Origin: an uncultured Dehalococcoidia bacterium
GTDB lineage: Bacteria > Chloroflexota > Dehalococcoidia > Lucifugimonadales > UBA3495
NCBI GenBank assembly: GCA_950072105.1
Contig: CATMOE010000021.1
Span: 1-54,007 of the forward strand
Length of the DNA stretch: 54,007 bases
Direction of reading: 5' to 3'
Made by a program: the position numbers and the translations under genes. The notes below the pieces were generated by a model that did not search any database, was not told the DNA's origin, and saw nothing but the letters and a program-made list of their open reading frames with translations. Every line of letters begins with the position of its first letter. Position 1 is the first letter of the stretch. Shown one piece after another: positions 29,484 to 39,020 of the stretch.

Positions 29484-30119
29484 TTAGGCTGGCGGGTTCA
29501 CCGATTTGCCGGTCCGCCGGATCTGCACCACACCCATCTGCGAGCCGGGTATGCCGCCCTTGACCATTAACAGGTTCCGGTCGGTGTCGACCTTTATGAT
29601 CTCTAATCCCTTGGCCGTTATTCGCCGGTTACCCATGTGGCCGGCCATCTTCAGGCCCTTGTATACTTTGCCCGGTGTGGTGCCTCCACCGATGGAGCCG
29701 GGAGCTCGTGCCCGGTCCGATTGGCCGTGAGTGCGCGGTCCGCCGTCGAATCCGTGGCGCTTGATGACGCCGGCGAATCCTTTTCCTTTAGACCGGGCGA
29801 TGATGTCTACCTTCTCACCGGGGGTGAATATCTCAACCGAGACGCTGTCGCCCACCTGGTAATCGCCGATGTCGTCAACTTGGACTTCCCGGAGATAGCG
29901 GCAGACTTGGGTGTCCTTCATGTGGCCCCGCGTAGGTTTGTTGGCCCGTTTGTCCGCGCCAAATCCTATCTGGACCGCCTCATAACCTTCGGTTTCAACC
30001 GTCTTCACCTGGGTGACGAAGCACGGACCGGCTTGTATGACCGTGACCGGCACCACTCTGCCGTCTTCCAAGAAGACCTGGCTCATTCCAACTTTTTTAC
30101 CGAGAAAGCCTTGCAACAT
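29484..30119 (-). CDS. rplC: 50S ribosomal protein L3
   Basis: GKKVGMSQVF, SKGKGFAGVIKR, RAPGSIG, MAGHMG. Confidence 0.98.
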   Translation of the reverse strand: MLQGFLGKKVGMSQVFLEDGRVVPVTVIQAGPCFVTQVKTVETEGYEAVQIGFGADKRANKPTRGHMKDTQVCRYLREVQVDDIGDYQVGDSVSVEIFTPGEKVDIIARSKGKGFAGVIKRHGFDGGPRTHGQSDRARAPGSIGGGTTPGKVYKGLKMAGHMGNRRITAKGLEIIKVDTDRNLLMVKGGIPGSQMGVVQIRRTGKSVNPPA

Positions 30120-30135
30120 ATTTATAACCGTCTAG

Positions 30136-30447
30136 TTAAAGCTTGATAGAGATATCAACGCCGGCCGGCAGGTTCAGCCGCGTTAACGAGTCGATGGTCT
30201 TCGAGGTGGGCTCTAGGATGTCTATGAGCCGCTTGTGGGTGCGTATCTCAAAGTGTTCTCGCGAATCTTTGTCGACGTGGGGGCTTCGTATGACGCAGAA
30301 CCGGCGGATGTGAGTCGGCAGGGGTACTGGGCCGGCCACCCGTGCTCCGGTACGCTCCGCGGTTTCCACGATCTGGCCCGCCGAAAGGTCCAGCATTTTA
30401 TGATCGAAAGCCTTGAGGACAATCCTGACTTTTTGCCTGGTTACCAT
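30136..30447 (-). CDS. rpsJ: 30S ribosomal protein S10
   Basis: [40 protein letters not shown]. Confidence 0.98.
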   Translation of the reverse strand: MVTRQKVRIVLKAFDHKMLDLSAGQIVETAERTGARVAGPVPLPTHIRRFCVIRSPHVDKDSREHFEIRTHKRLIDILEPTSKTIDSLTRLNLPAGVDISIKL

Positions 30448-30490
30448 ATGCCTCTATCTCGCCTAATTTTGCCGAACGGGTCTATATTTA

Positions 30491-32584
30491 TCACACTCGG
30501 ACCAGTGTTTTCAAGAGTTCCGCGTTAACTGGTTCGTAATGACGGAATTCCATCGTAAATGTGGCCCTGCCTCGGGTGATTGACCGAAGCGCCGTCGTAT
30601 AGGAGAAAGTCTCCCCCAAGGGCAGATAGGCCCGAACTACCTGAATCTCGTCTTGCCCCTCAATATTCCGGATCTGAGCGCGGCGGGTCCCAAGGTCTCC
30701 AATGACTTCACTGAGATGCTCGCCCGGCGTCGTTACTTCCAGATCTACGATAGGTTCCAATAGCACCGGCTTACCCTTGGGCACGCCTTCCCGGATGGCC
30801 AGCATTCCGGCGCTGCGGAAGGCCATCTCCGATGAGTCAACGTCGTGGTAACTGCCGTCCACCAGTTTGACCTGCATGTCCACCAGCGGGTAACCAGCCA
30901 TTGGTCCATTGTCTAATGCTTGGCGCACTCCCTTTTCCACTGCCGGGATGTACTCTCGAGGAATAGTGCCACCCTTGATGGCGTTCACGAATACGATTCC
31001 GGACCCCCGGTCCAAGGGCTCCAGTTCCAGCCAGATGTGGCCGAACTGGCCGTGACCGCCCGTTTGGCGAACGAACCGTCCTTCCACTTTGATCGCTTGG
31101 GTGATGGTCTCCCGGTAAGACACCCGGGGTGAGCCGACTTGGGCTTCCACGTCGAACTCCCGCCGCATGCGGTCGACCAACACCTCCAGGTGAAGCTCTC
31201 CCATGCCGGACATAACCGTCTGTCCGGTTTCATCGTTGAACTTGACTATGAAAGTGGGGTCTTCGTCGGACAGTTTTCTAAGGGCTTCACTCAATCGGTC
31301 TTGGTCGGCCCGGGTCGCCGGTTCAATGGCCACCGATACCACCGGTTGAGGGAATTGAGGCGGTTCCAAGATCACTTGATTGGACGCGATACAGATCGTG
31401 TCCCCGGTAAAGGTGTTTTTAAGCCCGATGGCCGCGCAGATATTTCCGGCGCCGATGACCTCCAGGTCCTCCCGGTGGTTGGCGTGCATCTGGAGCAGCC
31501 GCCCCATCCGCTCCCGGTTTCCTCTGGTGACGTTTTGTACCTGCTCTCCGGCTTTTACCTTGCCGGAATATATGCGGAGGTATACCAAGCGGCCCACGAA
31601 GGGATCTGTCGCCACTTTGAACGCTAAAGCGGACAGCGGTTCACTTTCATCTGGATACCGAAGCACTGTTTCTTCGGTCTGGGGTTGGATGCCCTCTACC
31701 GGAGGAACATCCGACGGGGAAGGCAGATAATCAATGATCGCGTCTAGTAACGGTTGTATCCCCTTATTGCCGACGGCGCTGCCGCATAAGACGGGCACCA
31801 GATTGCGCTCGATAGTCGCCTTGCGCAAAGCCGCCCTAAGGTCATCGTTTCCGATCTCTTCCCCTTCCAGGTAGCGAATGAGCAGGCTTTCGTCAGTCTC
31901 CACGATCTTTTCAATCATGGCTTGCCGAAATTTTTGGTAATTCTCCTCGCACTCGGAGGGCATGGGCCCTAGCTCGGCCTCGGACGCGCCGTTCGCGTGC
32001 CGGGCGCCGTTGACGTGGCTGTTGGGGTAGGTCCAAGTCTGTCCGCTGATCAGGTCTACCACACCATGGAAATCGGATTCTTCACCGATGGGCAGTTGGA
32101 CCGGCACAGTATTGGCCTTCAGGCGGCGGCGGACCGACTCGATCGTGCGCTCATAGCTAGCGCCAACCCGGTCCATCTTGTTGACAAAGCAGATACGGGG
32201 AACGTTGTAGGTGTCGGCCTGACGCCATACGGTTTCTGATTGAGATTGAACGCCAGCTACAGCGTCAAGAACGACGATTCCGCCGTCCAGAACACGGAGG
32301 CTGCGTTCCACCTCAGCCGTGAAATCGACATGGCCGGGCGTGTCGATGATGTTGATCTTGCAGTCCCGCCAATAGGCGGTGGTGGCGGCAGCGGTGATGG
32401 TGATGCCCCGTTCTCTTTCCTGGGGCATCCAGTCCATGGTGGTGGTCCCGTCGTCCACCTCTCCTAACCGATGGATCCTACCTGTGTTAAAAAGTACCCT
32501 TTCGGTTACCGTTGTCTTGCCCGCATCGATGTGGGCGATAAAGCCGATATTACGAATTTTCCCTATCGGAAAGTTGCTCTCCAT
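30491..32584 (-). CDS. fusA: Elongation factor G
   Basis: AHIDAGKTT, ERERGITI, DTPGHVDF, NKMDR, GMGELHLE, GSYHDVDSSEMAF. Confidence 0.97.
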   Translation of the reverse strand: MESNFPIGKIRNIGFIAHIDAGKTTVTERVLFNTGRIHRLGEVDDGTTTMDWMPQERERGITITAAATTAYWRDCKINIIDTPGHVDFTAEVERSLRVLDGGIVVLDAVAGVQSQSETVWRQADTYNVPRICFVNKMDRVGASYERTIESVRRRLKANTVPVQLPIGEESDFHGVVDLISGQTWTYPNSHVNGARHANGASEAELGPMPSECEENYQKFRQAMIEKIVETDESLLIRYLEGEEIGNDDLRAALRKATIERNLVPVLCGSAVGNKGIQPLLDAIIDYLPSPSDVPPVEGIQPQTEETVLRYPDESEPLSALAFKVATDPFVGRLVYLRIYSGKVKAGEQVQNVTRGNRERMGRLLQMHANHREDLEVIGAGNICAAIGLKNTFTGDTICIASNQVILEPPQFPQPVVSVAIEPATRADQDRLSEALRKLSDEDPTFIVKFNDETGQTVMSGMGELHLEVLVDRMRREFDVEAQVGSPRVSYRETITQAIKVEGRFVRQTGGHGQFGHIWLELEPLDRGSGIVFVNAIKGGTIPREYIPAVEKGVRQALDNGPMAGYPLVDMQVKLVDGSYHDVDSSEMAFRSAGMLAIREGVPKGKPVLLEPIVDLEVTTPGEHLSEVIGDLGTRRAQIRNIEGQDEIQVVRAYLPLGETFSYTTALRSITRGRATFTMEFRHYEPVNAELLKTLVRV

Positions 32585-32617
32585 AATTGATGTGGCACCG
32601 GGCGCCCCGTGAGACGT

Positions 32618-33088
32618 CTATCTTCGATAATGGACGAAAGCTCGATTGGCCTCCGCCATACGGTGTAGTTCCTCCTTACGGCGTACTGCCGTTCCTTCTC
32701 CTCGGGATGCTTCCATAAGTTCCTGAGCCAACCCTCGGCGCATGGGCATCCCTTTCCTTCCGCGGGCGCCGCGAATAAGCCACCGGATGGCCAAAGCCTC
32801 GCTACGGCTGGGACGGAGCTCCGTGGGTACTTGGTAAGTTGCCCCTCCCACTCGCTTGGGCTTAACTTCCACCATTGGGGTGGCATTCTTAAGAGCCATC
32901 TGAAATACCTCCAGCGGCTCTCTGTTGGATTGCTCTTTGATGATTTCGAACGCGCTGTAACAGATCCGCTGGGCGGTGCTCTTTTTACCCCGCTGCATCA
33001 CATTGTTGATGAACTTGGCCAATTCCACATTGTTGTACAAAGGATCCGGGGGAATCACCCGGATTACAGCACGTCTTCTTCTGGACAT
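32618..33088 (-). CDS. rpsG: 30S ribosomal protein S7
   Basis: GKKSTAQ.I, RVGGATYQVP, MAEANRAF.HYR. Confidence 0.98.
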   Translation of the reverse strand: MSRRRRAVIRVIPPDPLYNNVELAKFINNVMQRGKKSTAQRICYSAFEIIKEQSNREPLEVFQMALKNATPMVEVKPKRVGGATYQVPTELRPSRSEALAIRWLIRGARGRKGMPMRRGLAQELMEASRGEGTAVRRKEELHRMAEANRAFVHYRR

Positions 33089-33154
33089 AGATAGTCACAC
33101 CTTACGCTTAATACCGAAAAGGCTGATGGACGCCTTAAATTGCTAAATACCGGT

Positions 33155-33577
33155 CTAGCGGTCGGTACGAGGCTTGTCGGCTCCGTACTTGCTTCGGCCC
33201 CGCCTCCGGTCCGAGACACCTTCGCAATCCAAGGCGGCGCGGATGACGTGATAGCGGACACCCGGCAGGTCTTTAACACGGCCGCCCCGGACCAGAACCA
33301 CCGAGTGCTCCTGGAGGTTGTGCCCTTCGCCGCCGATGTAGGCGGTGATCTCAAATCCGTTAGTAAGTCGCACGCGGGCTATTTTCCGCAGCGCTGAGTT
33401 GGGTTTCTTGGGGTTCATCGTGCGTACCTGAATACACACCCCTCGGCGTTGCGGACACCCCTTGCCATACTTTACCCGGTTGCGCAATGAGTTCTGGACC
33501 CAGTGCAGCGCCGGGGCCTTGGTCTTCTTCCGAACCGGCTTACGGCCATGCCGGACCAATTGGTTTACTGTAGGCAT
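33155..33577 (-). CDS. rpsL: 30S ribosomal protein S12
   Basis: [42 protein letters not shown]. Confidence 0.98.
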   Translation of the reverse strand: MPTVNQLVRHGRKPVRKKTKAPALHWVQNSLRNRVKYGKGCPQRRGVCIQVRTMNPKKPNSALRKIARVRLTNGFEITAYIGGEGHNLQEHSVVLVRGGRVKDLPGVRYHVIRAALDCEGVSDRRRGRSKYGADKPRTDR

Positions 33578-33614
33578 AGATTATCCCCGCTTATCGACTT
33601 GACAGCGACTAAGT

Positions 33615-33643
33615 ACTTTACCAACCTTGACTGTAGATGTCAA
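33615..33643 (-). promoter_or_regulatory. Putative sigma70 promoter of the str/S10 superoperon
   Basis: Minus strand TTGACA-17 nt-TAAAGT, 37 nt upstream of the rpsL ATG. Confidence 0.7.
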
Positions 33644-33657
33644 CTAATTTCGGCCTG

Positions 33658-33686
33658 TTGACAACCCATCTGGAGCCACTTAAAGT
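33658..33686 (+). promoter_or_regulatory. Putative sigma70 promoter of the cbiE-cobN operon
   Basis: TTGACA(33658)-17 nt-TAAAGT(33681). Confidence 0.7.
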
Positions 33687-33761
33687 GTCTAATCATCCCT
33701 GTCTGCCACATGGGGCATCTTGAACCCGGTTCGGCAGGCCGCCCTTAACAACCGAATGTTC

Positions 33762-33928
33762 TACCCGAGGCGCTGCAAACGGCTTAAGGCTTAATAGGAA
33801 AGGCGGTGAAAGGCCGCCGCGGTTGCGCCACTGTATGCGGGTTTAGCTTGGGTCCTGTTTCTCGTATCTCACGATTTGAGACGGGAAACCCCAGGCGTAT
33901 CCCGCGAGTCAGGACACCTGCCCGGGTA
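33762..33928 (+). ncRNA. Cobalamin riboswitch (1)
   Basis: AATAGGAAAGGCGGTGAAAGGCCGCC-GCGGTTGCGCCACTGT ... GAGTCAGGACACCTGCC; P1 tacccgagg/cctgcccgggta; upstream of cbiE-cobN. Confidence 0.88.
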
Positions 33929-34017
33929 AGGGGAGCTCTCGTCTGCGCTAAACAGAAACATGCCCCCGTGGCGCTACCCTAATTTAGGATCGCGCCACGA
34001 CCACGCCAGCAAACTCT

Positions 34018-34048
34018 CCCCGGTCACGACACAGTCCGGGGTTTTTTT
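34018..34048 (+). terminator. Intrinsic terminator, expression platform of Cbl riboswitch 1
   Basis: ccccgg-tcacgacacagt-ccgggg followed by TTTTTTT. Confidence 0.75.
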
Positions 34049-34130
34049 ATGGTTCTCACCTTGTATATATATCGACCTGCAGGTAGTAACTCAAACTATA
34101 CTTAATTAAAAAGGTTAAACTGCGGTATTT

Positions 34131-34853
34131 ATGAGTCTAAATCATAGCGATACGTCCATCGCGATCGTGGCAGTCGGGCCGGGTGATCCCAGTCTGATGA
34201 CGCTGCAAGGGCGTGAGATTCTCGAGAACGCCGACGTGGTGGCGGGGTTCAAGACCGTGCTAGACGTGGTCCAGCCCTGGCTCACCAACGCTGAAGCCTG
34301 TCCCATGACCTACCGGGACCAAGAGGACGTGCTGGCGTACGTCGAGTCCCAGGCCTTGCTCGGTAAGAAGTGCGTTGTCTGCTGCTGGGGCGACTTGAAC
34401 GTGTCGGCCCGGGAGTTGTTGGCCAGGGTACGGCGCCGGGCCGGGAAGGTGGAGCTGACCCCCGGCATCAGCTCGATCCAGATGGCTTGTGCCAGGTCTG
34501 GAATCTCCCTGGAAGACGCGGTGTTCATCACCCTCCACCAGCGGCGCGGCGCTTCCGACGACTTCGCCTCGGACGTTGAAGAGGTTGTCCACTTTCTCAA
34601 AGATGGGCGCAGGCACGTGATCCTGCTGCCCCGTCCCTACGACCTCATGCCCCCCGGTATCGCCAAGGAATTAGTGTCTGCGGGCATTGCGGGAGACAGG
34701 CCGGTCACCGTGTTCCAGCGCCTTACCTTGGACGGCGAGAAACGGTGGGACGGCAACCTTGATGAGTGCGGCGAGATCACTGAGGAGTTCAGCGATCTTT
34801 CCATAATGGTGATCTTTACGGAAGCCGGCGAAGGGCCGGACTCCCATGAGTGA
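34131..34853 (+). CDS. cbiE: Cobalt-precorrin-7 / precorrin-6Y C5-methyltransferase (tetrapyrrole methylase, CbiE-like)
   Basis: IVAVGPGDPSLMT, ADVVAG, WGDL, PGISSIQMACAR, ITLH, QRLT...E; B12 riboswitch context. Confidence 0.8.
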   Translation: MSLNHSDTSIAIVAVGPGDPSLMTLQGREILENADVVAGFKTVLDVVQPWLTNAEACPMTYRDQEDVLAYVESQALLGKKCVVCCWGDLNVSARELLARVRRRAGKVELTPGISSIQMACARSGISLEDAVFITLHQRRGASDDFASDVEEVVHFLKDGRRHVILLPRPYDLMPPGIAKELVSAGIAGDRPVTVFQRLTLDGEKRWDGNLDECGEITEEFSDLSIMVIFTEAGEGPDSHE

Positions 34854-34859
34854 TGCTTA

Positions 34860-37800
34860 ATGACTGAGCGAACGGATACAACCACCCAACGGAAGACTGT
34901 CCTGTTCGTCACCACCGCCGATACGGACATCCTCACCGCCGAGCGGGCCTTAAGCGGGATGCCCGATGACTATCCTCACGTCAGGGCGTTCAACCCGGTA
35001 GCCCTGGAAACCCCCGAGGCCCAGGAAGAACTGATGACGGCCCTGGAAGACGCGGGAGTTGTGATCTTGCGTCTCCTGGGTGGGAAACAATCCATGCCCC
35101 AGTTGTTTGACCAACTGGTCCGCGATTGCCGTGTCCGAGGGATACCCCTGATAGCCTTGCCAGGTCATCAGGAGTGGGACGAGGACCTGGTTACCGCCTG
35201 CACCGTGCCGGTGGCGGAAGTGGAAACGGTCTTCGCCTACCTGATGCGCGGCGGCGTGCAGAACCTGGAAAACCTCTTCTTTTTCCTCAGCGATACCTAC
35301 TTGGGTACCGATTATGGACACGAAGCTCCCAGCCACATTCCTTGGGAGGGCCTGTATCACCCCGATGTGGCCCAAGGCACCGAGGTCGATGATTACATCC
35401 GGGACCGGTTCCAGGCTGGAAAGCCCCGCATCGCCCTTCTTTTTTACCGGGCCCACTGGATGAGCGGAAACCTGCTTACCATCGATAGTCTGATTCACCG
35501 GTTAGAAGCGATGGGCGCCAACGTCCTGCCGTTGTTCTCCTACAGTCTGAAGCACAATCCTGAAGAGGACGGCCAAGGCAACCGTACCTTTACCGAGTAC
35601 CTGGCCGATCCCGACGGTGTTCCCAAGGTCGATTGCATCATCACGACCATGGGGATGTCCATGAGCGAGTTGAGCACCGAGGGACCTACCATCGCCGCCG
35701 GATGGACGGTGGATTACCTTGACAAGTTGGACGTTCCAATCATCCAAGGAATCATCAGCACCGGCACTGAAGAGGATTGGCAGGAAAGCTCCCTGGGGTT
35801 AGGTCCCATCGACACTGCCATGAGCATAGCCCTGCCCGAGTTCGACGGCCGAATCATATCGGTACCCATATCCTTTAAGCAGGAAACCGGACATAGCGGC
35901 GCATCGTCTGGCGCTGCCAAACTGTCCGGACGTATGCAGCGTTACGTGCCCCGGGAAGACCGGGTGGACTATCTGGCCCGCCTATCCATCAAATGGGCCG
36001 ATCTACGGCTCAAGGAAAACTCGGAAAAGCGGATCGCTATCATCCTAAGCAACTATCCCACCAAGGACGCCCGTATCGGCAACGCGGTGGGTCTGGATAC
36101 ACCGGCATCGGTGATCCGCATTCTGAATGCCATGAAAGGCGCCGGTTATCACGTCACCGATATACCCGAATCCGGAGATGAGCTGGTCCACCGCATAATC
36201 GAACGGTGCAGCAACGACCGGGACTCGCTTACCGAAGAGCAACTTAAAATGGCGGTCGGTCACGTCACCAGCCGCCAATACGCCGAATGGTTTCAGGGAT
36301 TTCCAGCCAAGGTTGTCCAGGAGATGACCGAGGCTTGGGGTGAGCCGCCGGGACAGGTTTACCGCACCAACGGAAGCCTGGCCATAGCGGGCATCGACCT
36401 GGGTAACGTCTTTATCGGCCTGCAACCGCCCCGGGGATTCGGCGAACATCCCATCGCCATCTACCACAGCCCGGACTTGGCTCCGACCCATCATTACATC
36501 GCCTACTATCGCTGGATCCGGGATGTCTTCAAAGCCGACGCCATGATCCACGTTGGAAAACACGGCACCCTGGAGTGGCTACCCGGGAAGGGCATCGGCT
36601 TGTCCGAAGCTTGTTATCCGGAGTTGGCGTTGAGTGACGTTCCCCTCTTTTACCCCTTCATAATTAACAACCCCGGCGAGGGCGCCCAGGCCAAGCGCCG
36701 CACCCACGCCACCATCGTAGACCACTTGATTCCGGCGATGACCACCGCCGATAGCTACGGTGACATCGCCCGGGTTGAGCAATTGATGGACGAACATTAC
36801 CAGTGCCAGACGCTGGACCCGGCCAAGCTCCCCCTGCTGGAAGCCCAGATCTGGGAGTTGGTCAAAGCAGCCGAATTGAACCGTGACCTAGGCATCGACG
36901 ACCTCCCCGAGGATTTCGGCGAATTCATTCTGGAGATAGACGGTTATCTCTGCGAACTAAAAGACGCTCAGATAAAGGACGGGCTTCATATTCTGGGGGA
37001 GGCCCCCGAGGGCGAGCTACTTATCGGCCTGCTGTGCGCCCTGACACGTCTGGACATTAGCGGCATTCCAAGCCTACGCAAGGCATTCGCGGAAGCCCTG
37101 GGGCTGGATTACGGCTCGATCATCGACGAGCCGGCGCTCGCGGCTGATGGAAACGTTCATCCGGCATTAATATCGGCAGATCCGGACACCCCGGTGCGCA
37201 GTCAGGGAGATTTGCTGGAGCGCATAGAGTTGCTGTGCCGTGAAGCCTACCGCCTGCTGTTGGCTCAGGACTTCAATCCCGATTTCGTGGCCCCAGTGGT
37301 GTCCCAAATCTTGGGACAAGCTGACGCTCAAACCCAGCTCGTGCTGGGTTATGTGGCGGATACCATTTATCCAGCCTTGCAACGTACCCCTGATGAGATC
37401 GGCAACTTGCTTCGAGGGCTGGAAGGCCGGTTCGTGCCTCCGGGGCCCAGCGGAGCGCCCACCAGGGGAATGGCCAACATCCTGCCCACGGGGCGCAACT
37501 TTTACTCGGTGGACCCCAAGACCATCCCGTCGCCATCCGCTTGGGAAACCGGCAAGGCCCTGGCTGACGCTCTGCTGGAAAAGTACCTGACCGAGGAAGG
37601 CGCCTATCCCGAAATGGTGGGACTCGTGGTCTGGGGGACGTCGGCCATGCGCACCCACGGCGACGACGTGGCCCAGATCCTCCAGTTGTTGGGAATCAGG
37701 CCGGTCTGGCAGCCGGAAAGCCGTAGGGTCGAAGGGCTGGAGGTCATACCCGTCTCCGAATTGGGCCGCCCCCGCATCGACGTAACCATAAGGATCAGCG

Positions 37801-38747
37801 GCTTTTTCCGTGACGCCTTTCCAAACCTTATCAATCTTCTGGATCAGGCCGTGGAAATGGCGGCATCCCAGGACGAATCTCCCGAAGAAAACTTCATTCT
37901 CAAGCACCTCAGAGAAGACCTGGCCCGTGACCGATCTACCTCAGATAGCGAACACCCCTCTCCCTCAGAAAGAGGGGCCGGGGGTGAGGGCGACCGGGCC
38001 ACGTCTCTGTATCGGATATTCGGCAGCAAACCGGGCACCTACGGGGCCGGTATCCTGGCGGCGTTGGACGAGCGCAATTGGGAAACGGTGGAGGACTTGG
38101 CGGAGGTCTACACCGCTTGGGGCGGCTACGCTTACACCCAGCGAGACTTCGGAGTGAGTGCCAGGCCCCAGTTCCGGCAGCGGTTCAGCCAGATCGTCGT
38201 GGCCGCCAAGAACCAGGACACCCGGGAGCACGACATCTTCGACAGCGATGACTACATGCAGTATCACGGGGGCATGATCGCCACCGTGCGGGCCTTGACC
38301 GGCCGGAACCCGCGCCAATTTTTCGGCGATAGCTCCGACCCTTCCCGAGCTAGGGTCCGCGATCTGCAAGACGAAGCGCGCCGGGTGTTTCGGAGCAGGG
38401 TGGTCAACCCCAAGTGGATCGAGTCGATGAAGCGCCATGGCTACAAGGGTGCGTTCGAGCTGTCGGCCACCGTGGATTACATGTTCGGCTACGACGCCAC
38501 TGCCCAGGTGGTGGAAGACTGGATGTACGAAGACGTAACCGAGAGCTACGTCTTGGATCCGGAGACCCAGAAGTTCTTCCAGGAGAGCAATCCCTGGGCG
38601 CTGCGTAGCATCGTGGAACGGCTACTGGAAGCCATCGAACGGGGTCTTTGGGCGGAGCCTCCACCGGAGATGAGGGAGAAGTTGCAGGAGCTCTACCTGG
38701 ACCTGGAAACAGAATTGGAGGCTAGGCAAGAAGGGCAACAGCCATAA
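34860..38747 (+). CDS. cobN: Cobaltochelatase large subunit CobN, 1295 aa
   Basis: LPEFDGRII, NYPTKDARIGNAVGLDTP.S, QPPRG, HVGKHGTLEWLPGK, NNPGEGAQAKRR, GPSGAPTRG..NILPTGRNFYSVD, RISGFFRDAFP, RVVNPKWI..M.RHGYKGAFE. Confidence 0.96.
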   Translation: MTERTDTTTQRKTVLFVTTADTDILTAERALSGMPDDYPHVRAFNPVALETPEAQEELMTALEDAGVVILRLLGGKQSMPQLFDQLVRDCRVRGIPLIALPGHQEWDEDLVTACTVPVAEVETVFAYLMRGGVQNLENLFFFLSDTYLGTDYGHEAPSHIPWEGLYHPDVAQGTEVDDYIRDRFQAGKPRIALLFYRAHWMSGNLLTIDSLIHRLEAMGANVLPLFSYSLKHNPEEDGQGNRTFTEYLADPDGVPKVDCIITTMGMSMSELSTEGPTIAAGWTVDYLDKLDVPIIQGIISTGTEEDWQESSLGLGPIDTAMSIALPEFDGRIISVPISFKQETGHSGASSGAAKLSGRMQRYVPREDRVDYLARLSIKWADLRLKENSEKRIAIILSNYPTKDARIGNAVGLDTPASVIRILNAMKGAGYHVTDIPESGDELVHRIIERCSNDRDSLTEEQLKMAVGHVTSRQYAEWFQGFPAKVVQEMTEAWGEPPGQVYRTNGSLAIAGIDLGNVFIGLQPPRGFGEHPIAIYHSPDLAPTHHYIAYYRWIRDVFKADAMIHVGKHGTLEWLPGKGIGLSEACYPELALSDVPLFYPFIINNPGEGAQAKRRTHATIVDHLIPAMTTADSYGDIARVEQLMDEHYQCQTLDPAKLPLLEAQIWELVKAAELNRDLGIDDLPEDFGEFILEIDGYLCELKDAQIKDGLHILGEAPEGELLIGLLCALTRLDISGIPSLRKAFAEALGLDYGSIIDEPALAADGNVHPALISADPDTPVRSQGDLLERIELLCREAYRLLLAQDFNPDFVAPVVSQILGQADAQTQLVLGYVADTIYPALQRTPDEIGNLLRGLEGRFVPPGPSGAPTRGMANILPTGRNFYSVDPKTIPSPSAWETGKALADALLEKYLTEEGAYPEMVGLVVWGTSAMRTHGDDVAQILQLLGIRPVWQPESRRVEGLEVIPVSELGRPRIDVTIRISGFFRDAFPNLINLLDQAVEMAASQDESPEENFILKHLREDLARDRSTSDSEHPSPSERGAGGEGDRATSLYRIFGSKPGTYGAGILAALDERNWETVEDLAEVYTAWGGYAYTQRDFGVSARPQFRQRFSQIVVAAKNQDTREHDIFDSDDYMQYHGGMIATVRALTGRNPRQFFGDSSDPSRARVRDLQDEARRVFRSRVVNPKWIESMKRHGYKGAFELSATVDYMFGYDATAQVVEDWMYEDVTESYVLDPETQKFFQESNPWALRSIVERLLEAIERGLWAEPPPEMREKLQELYLDLETELEARQEGQQP
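37955..37990 (+). repeat. Palindromic CCCCTCT...AGAGGGG-CCGGGGGTGAGGG repeat embedded in frame in cobN
   Basis: cccctctccctcagaaagaggggccgggggtgaggg, translated as PSPSERGAGGEG; same hairpin-plus-G-rich-tail design as intergenic 52903 and 53841 elements. Confidence 0.7.
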
Positions 38748-38776
38748 ATAGGCCTTCAGGGATGGGACCGGGCTTG

Positions 38777-38856
38777 CGTCATTCCGGCGCAGGCCGGAAT
38801 CCACAGAACGTTCGCATCAACTGCGGGCCTGGACACAGGCCTTCGCCGGTGAGACG
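38777..38856. repeat. CGTC-tagged REP doublet after cobN
   Basis: cgtcattccggcgcaggccggaatcca and an inverted degenerate copy ctggacacaggccttcgccggtgagacg. Confidence 0.8.
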
Positions 38857-39020
38857 GTGTGGGCTCTTTATACTTCTAACGTAAAAACTGATAGGAGCAC
38901 TACTTTCAACGGGTAGAAGTGTTTGATAGAATTGGGACGCTCGTGAAACCGCTAGGATTATCAGGAGCGGGATCACGTACGCGGGAGACCATTTCTTAAA
39001 CAGCTCCCCGGAGGCAGACG

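Noticed and set aside
31984..32016. Short duplication in fusA (HVNGAR/HANGAS)
   Set aside because: Six-codon tandem duplication in a variable loop; no sign of an intein or mobile element.
34851..34862. cbiE ends in TGA in frame with cobN (TGA TGC TTA ATG), suggesting Sec read-through to a CbiE-CobN fusion
   Set aside because: No SECIS-like hairpin downstream, the site is a non-conserved linker, and in-frame adjacency has a 1-in-3 chance.
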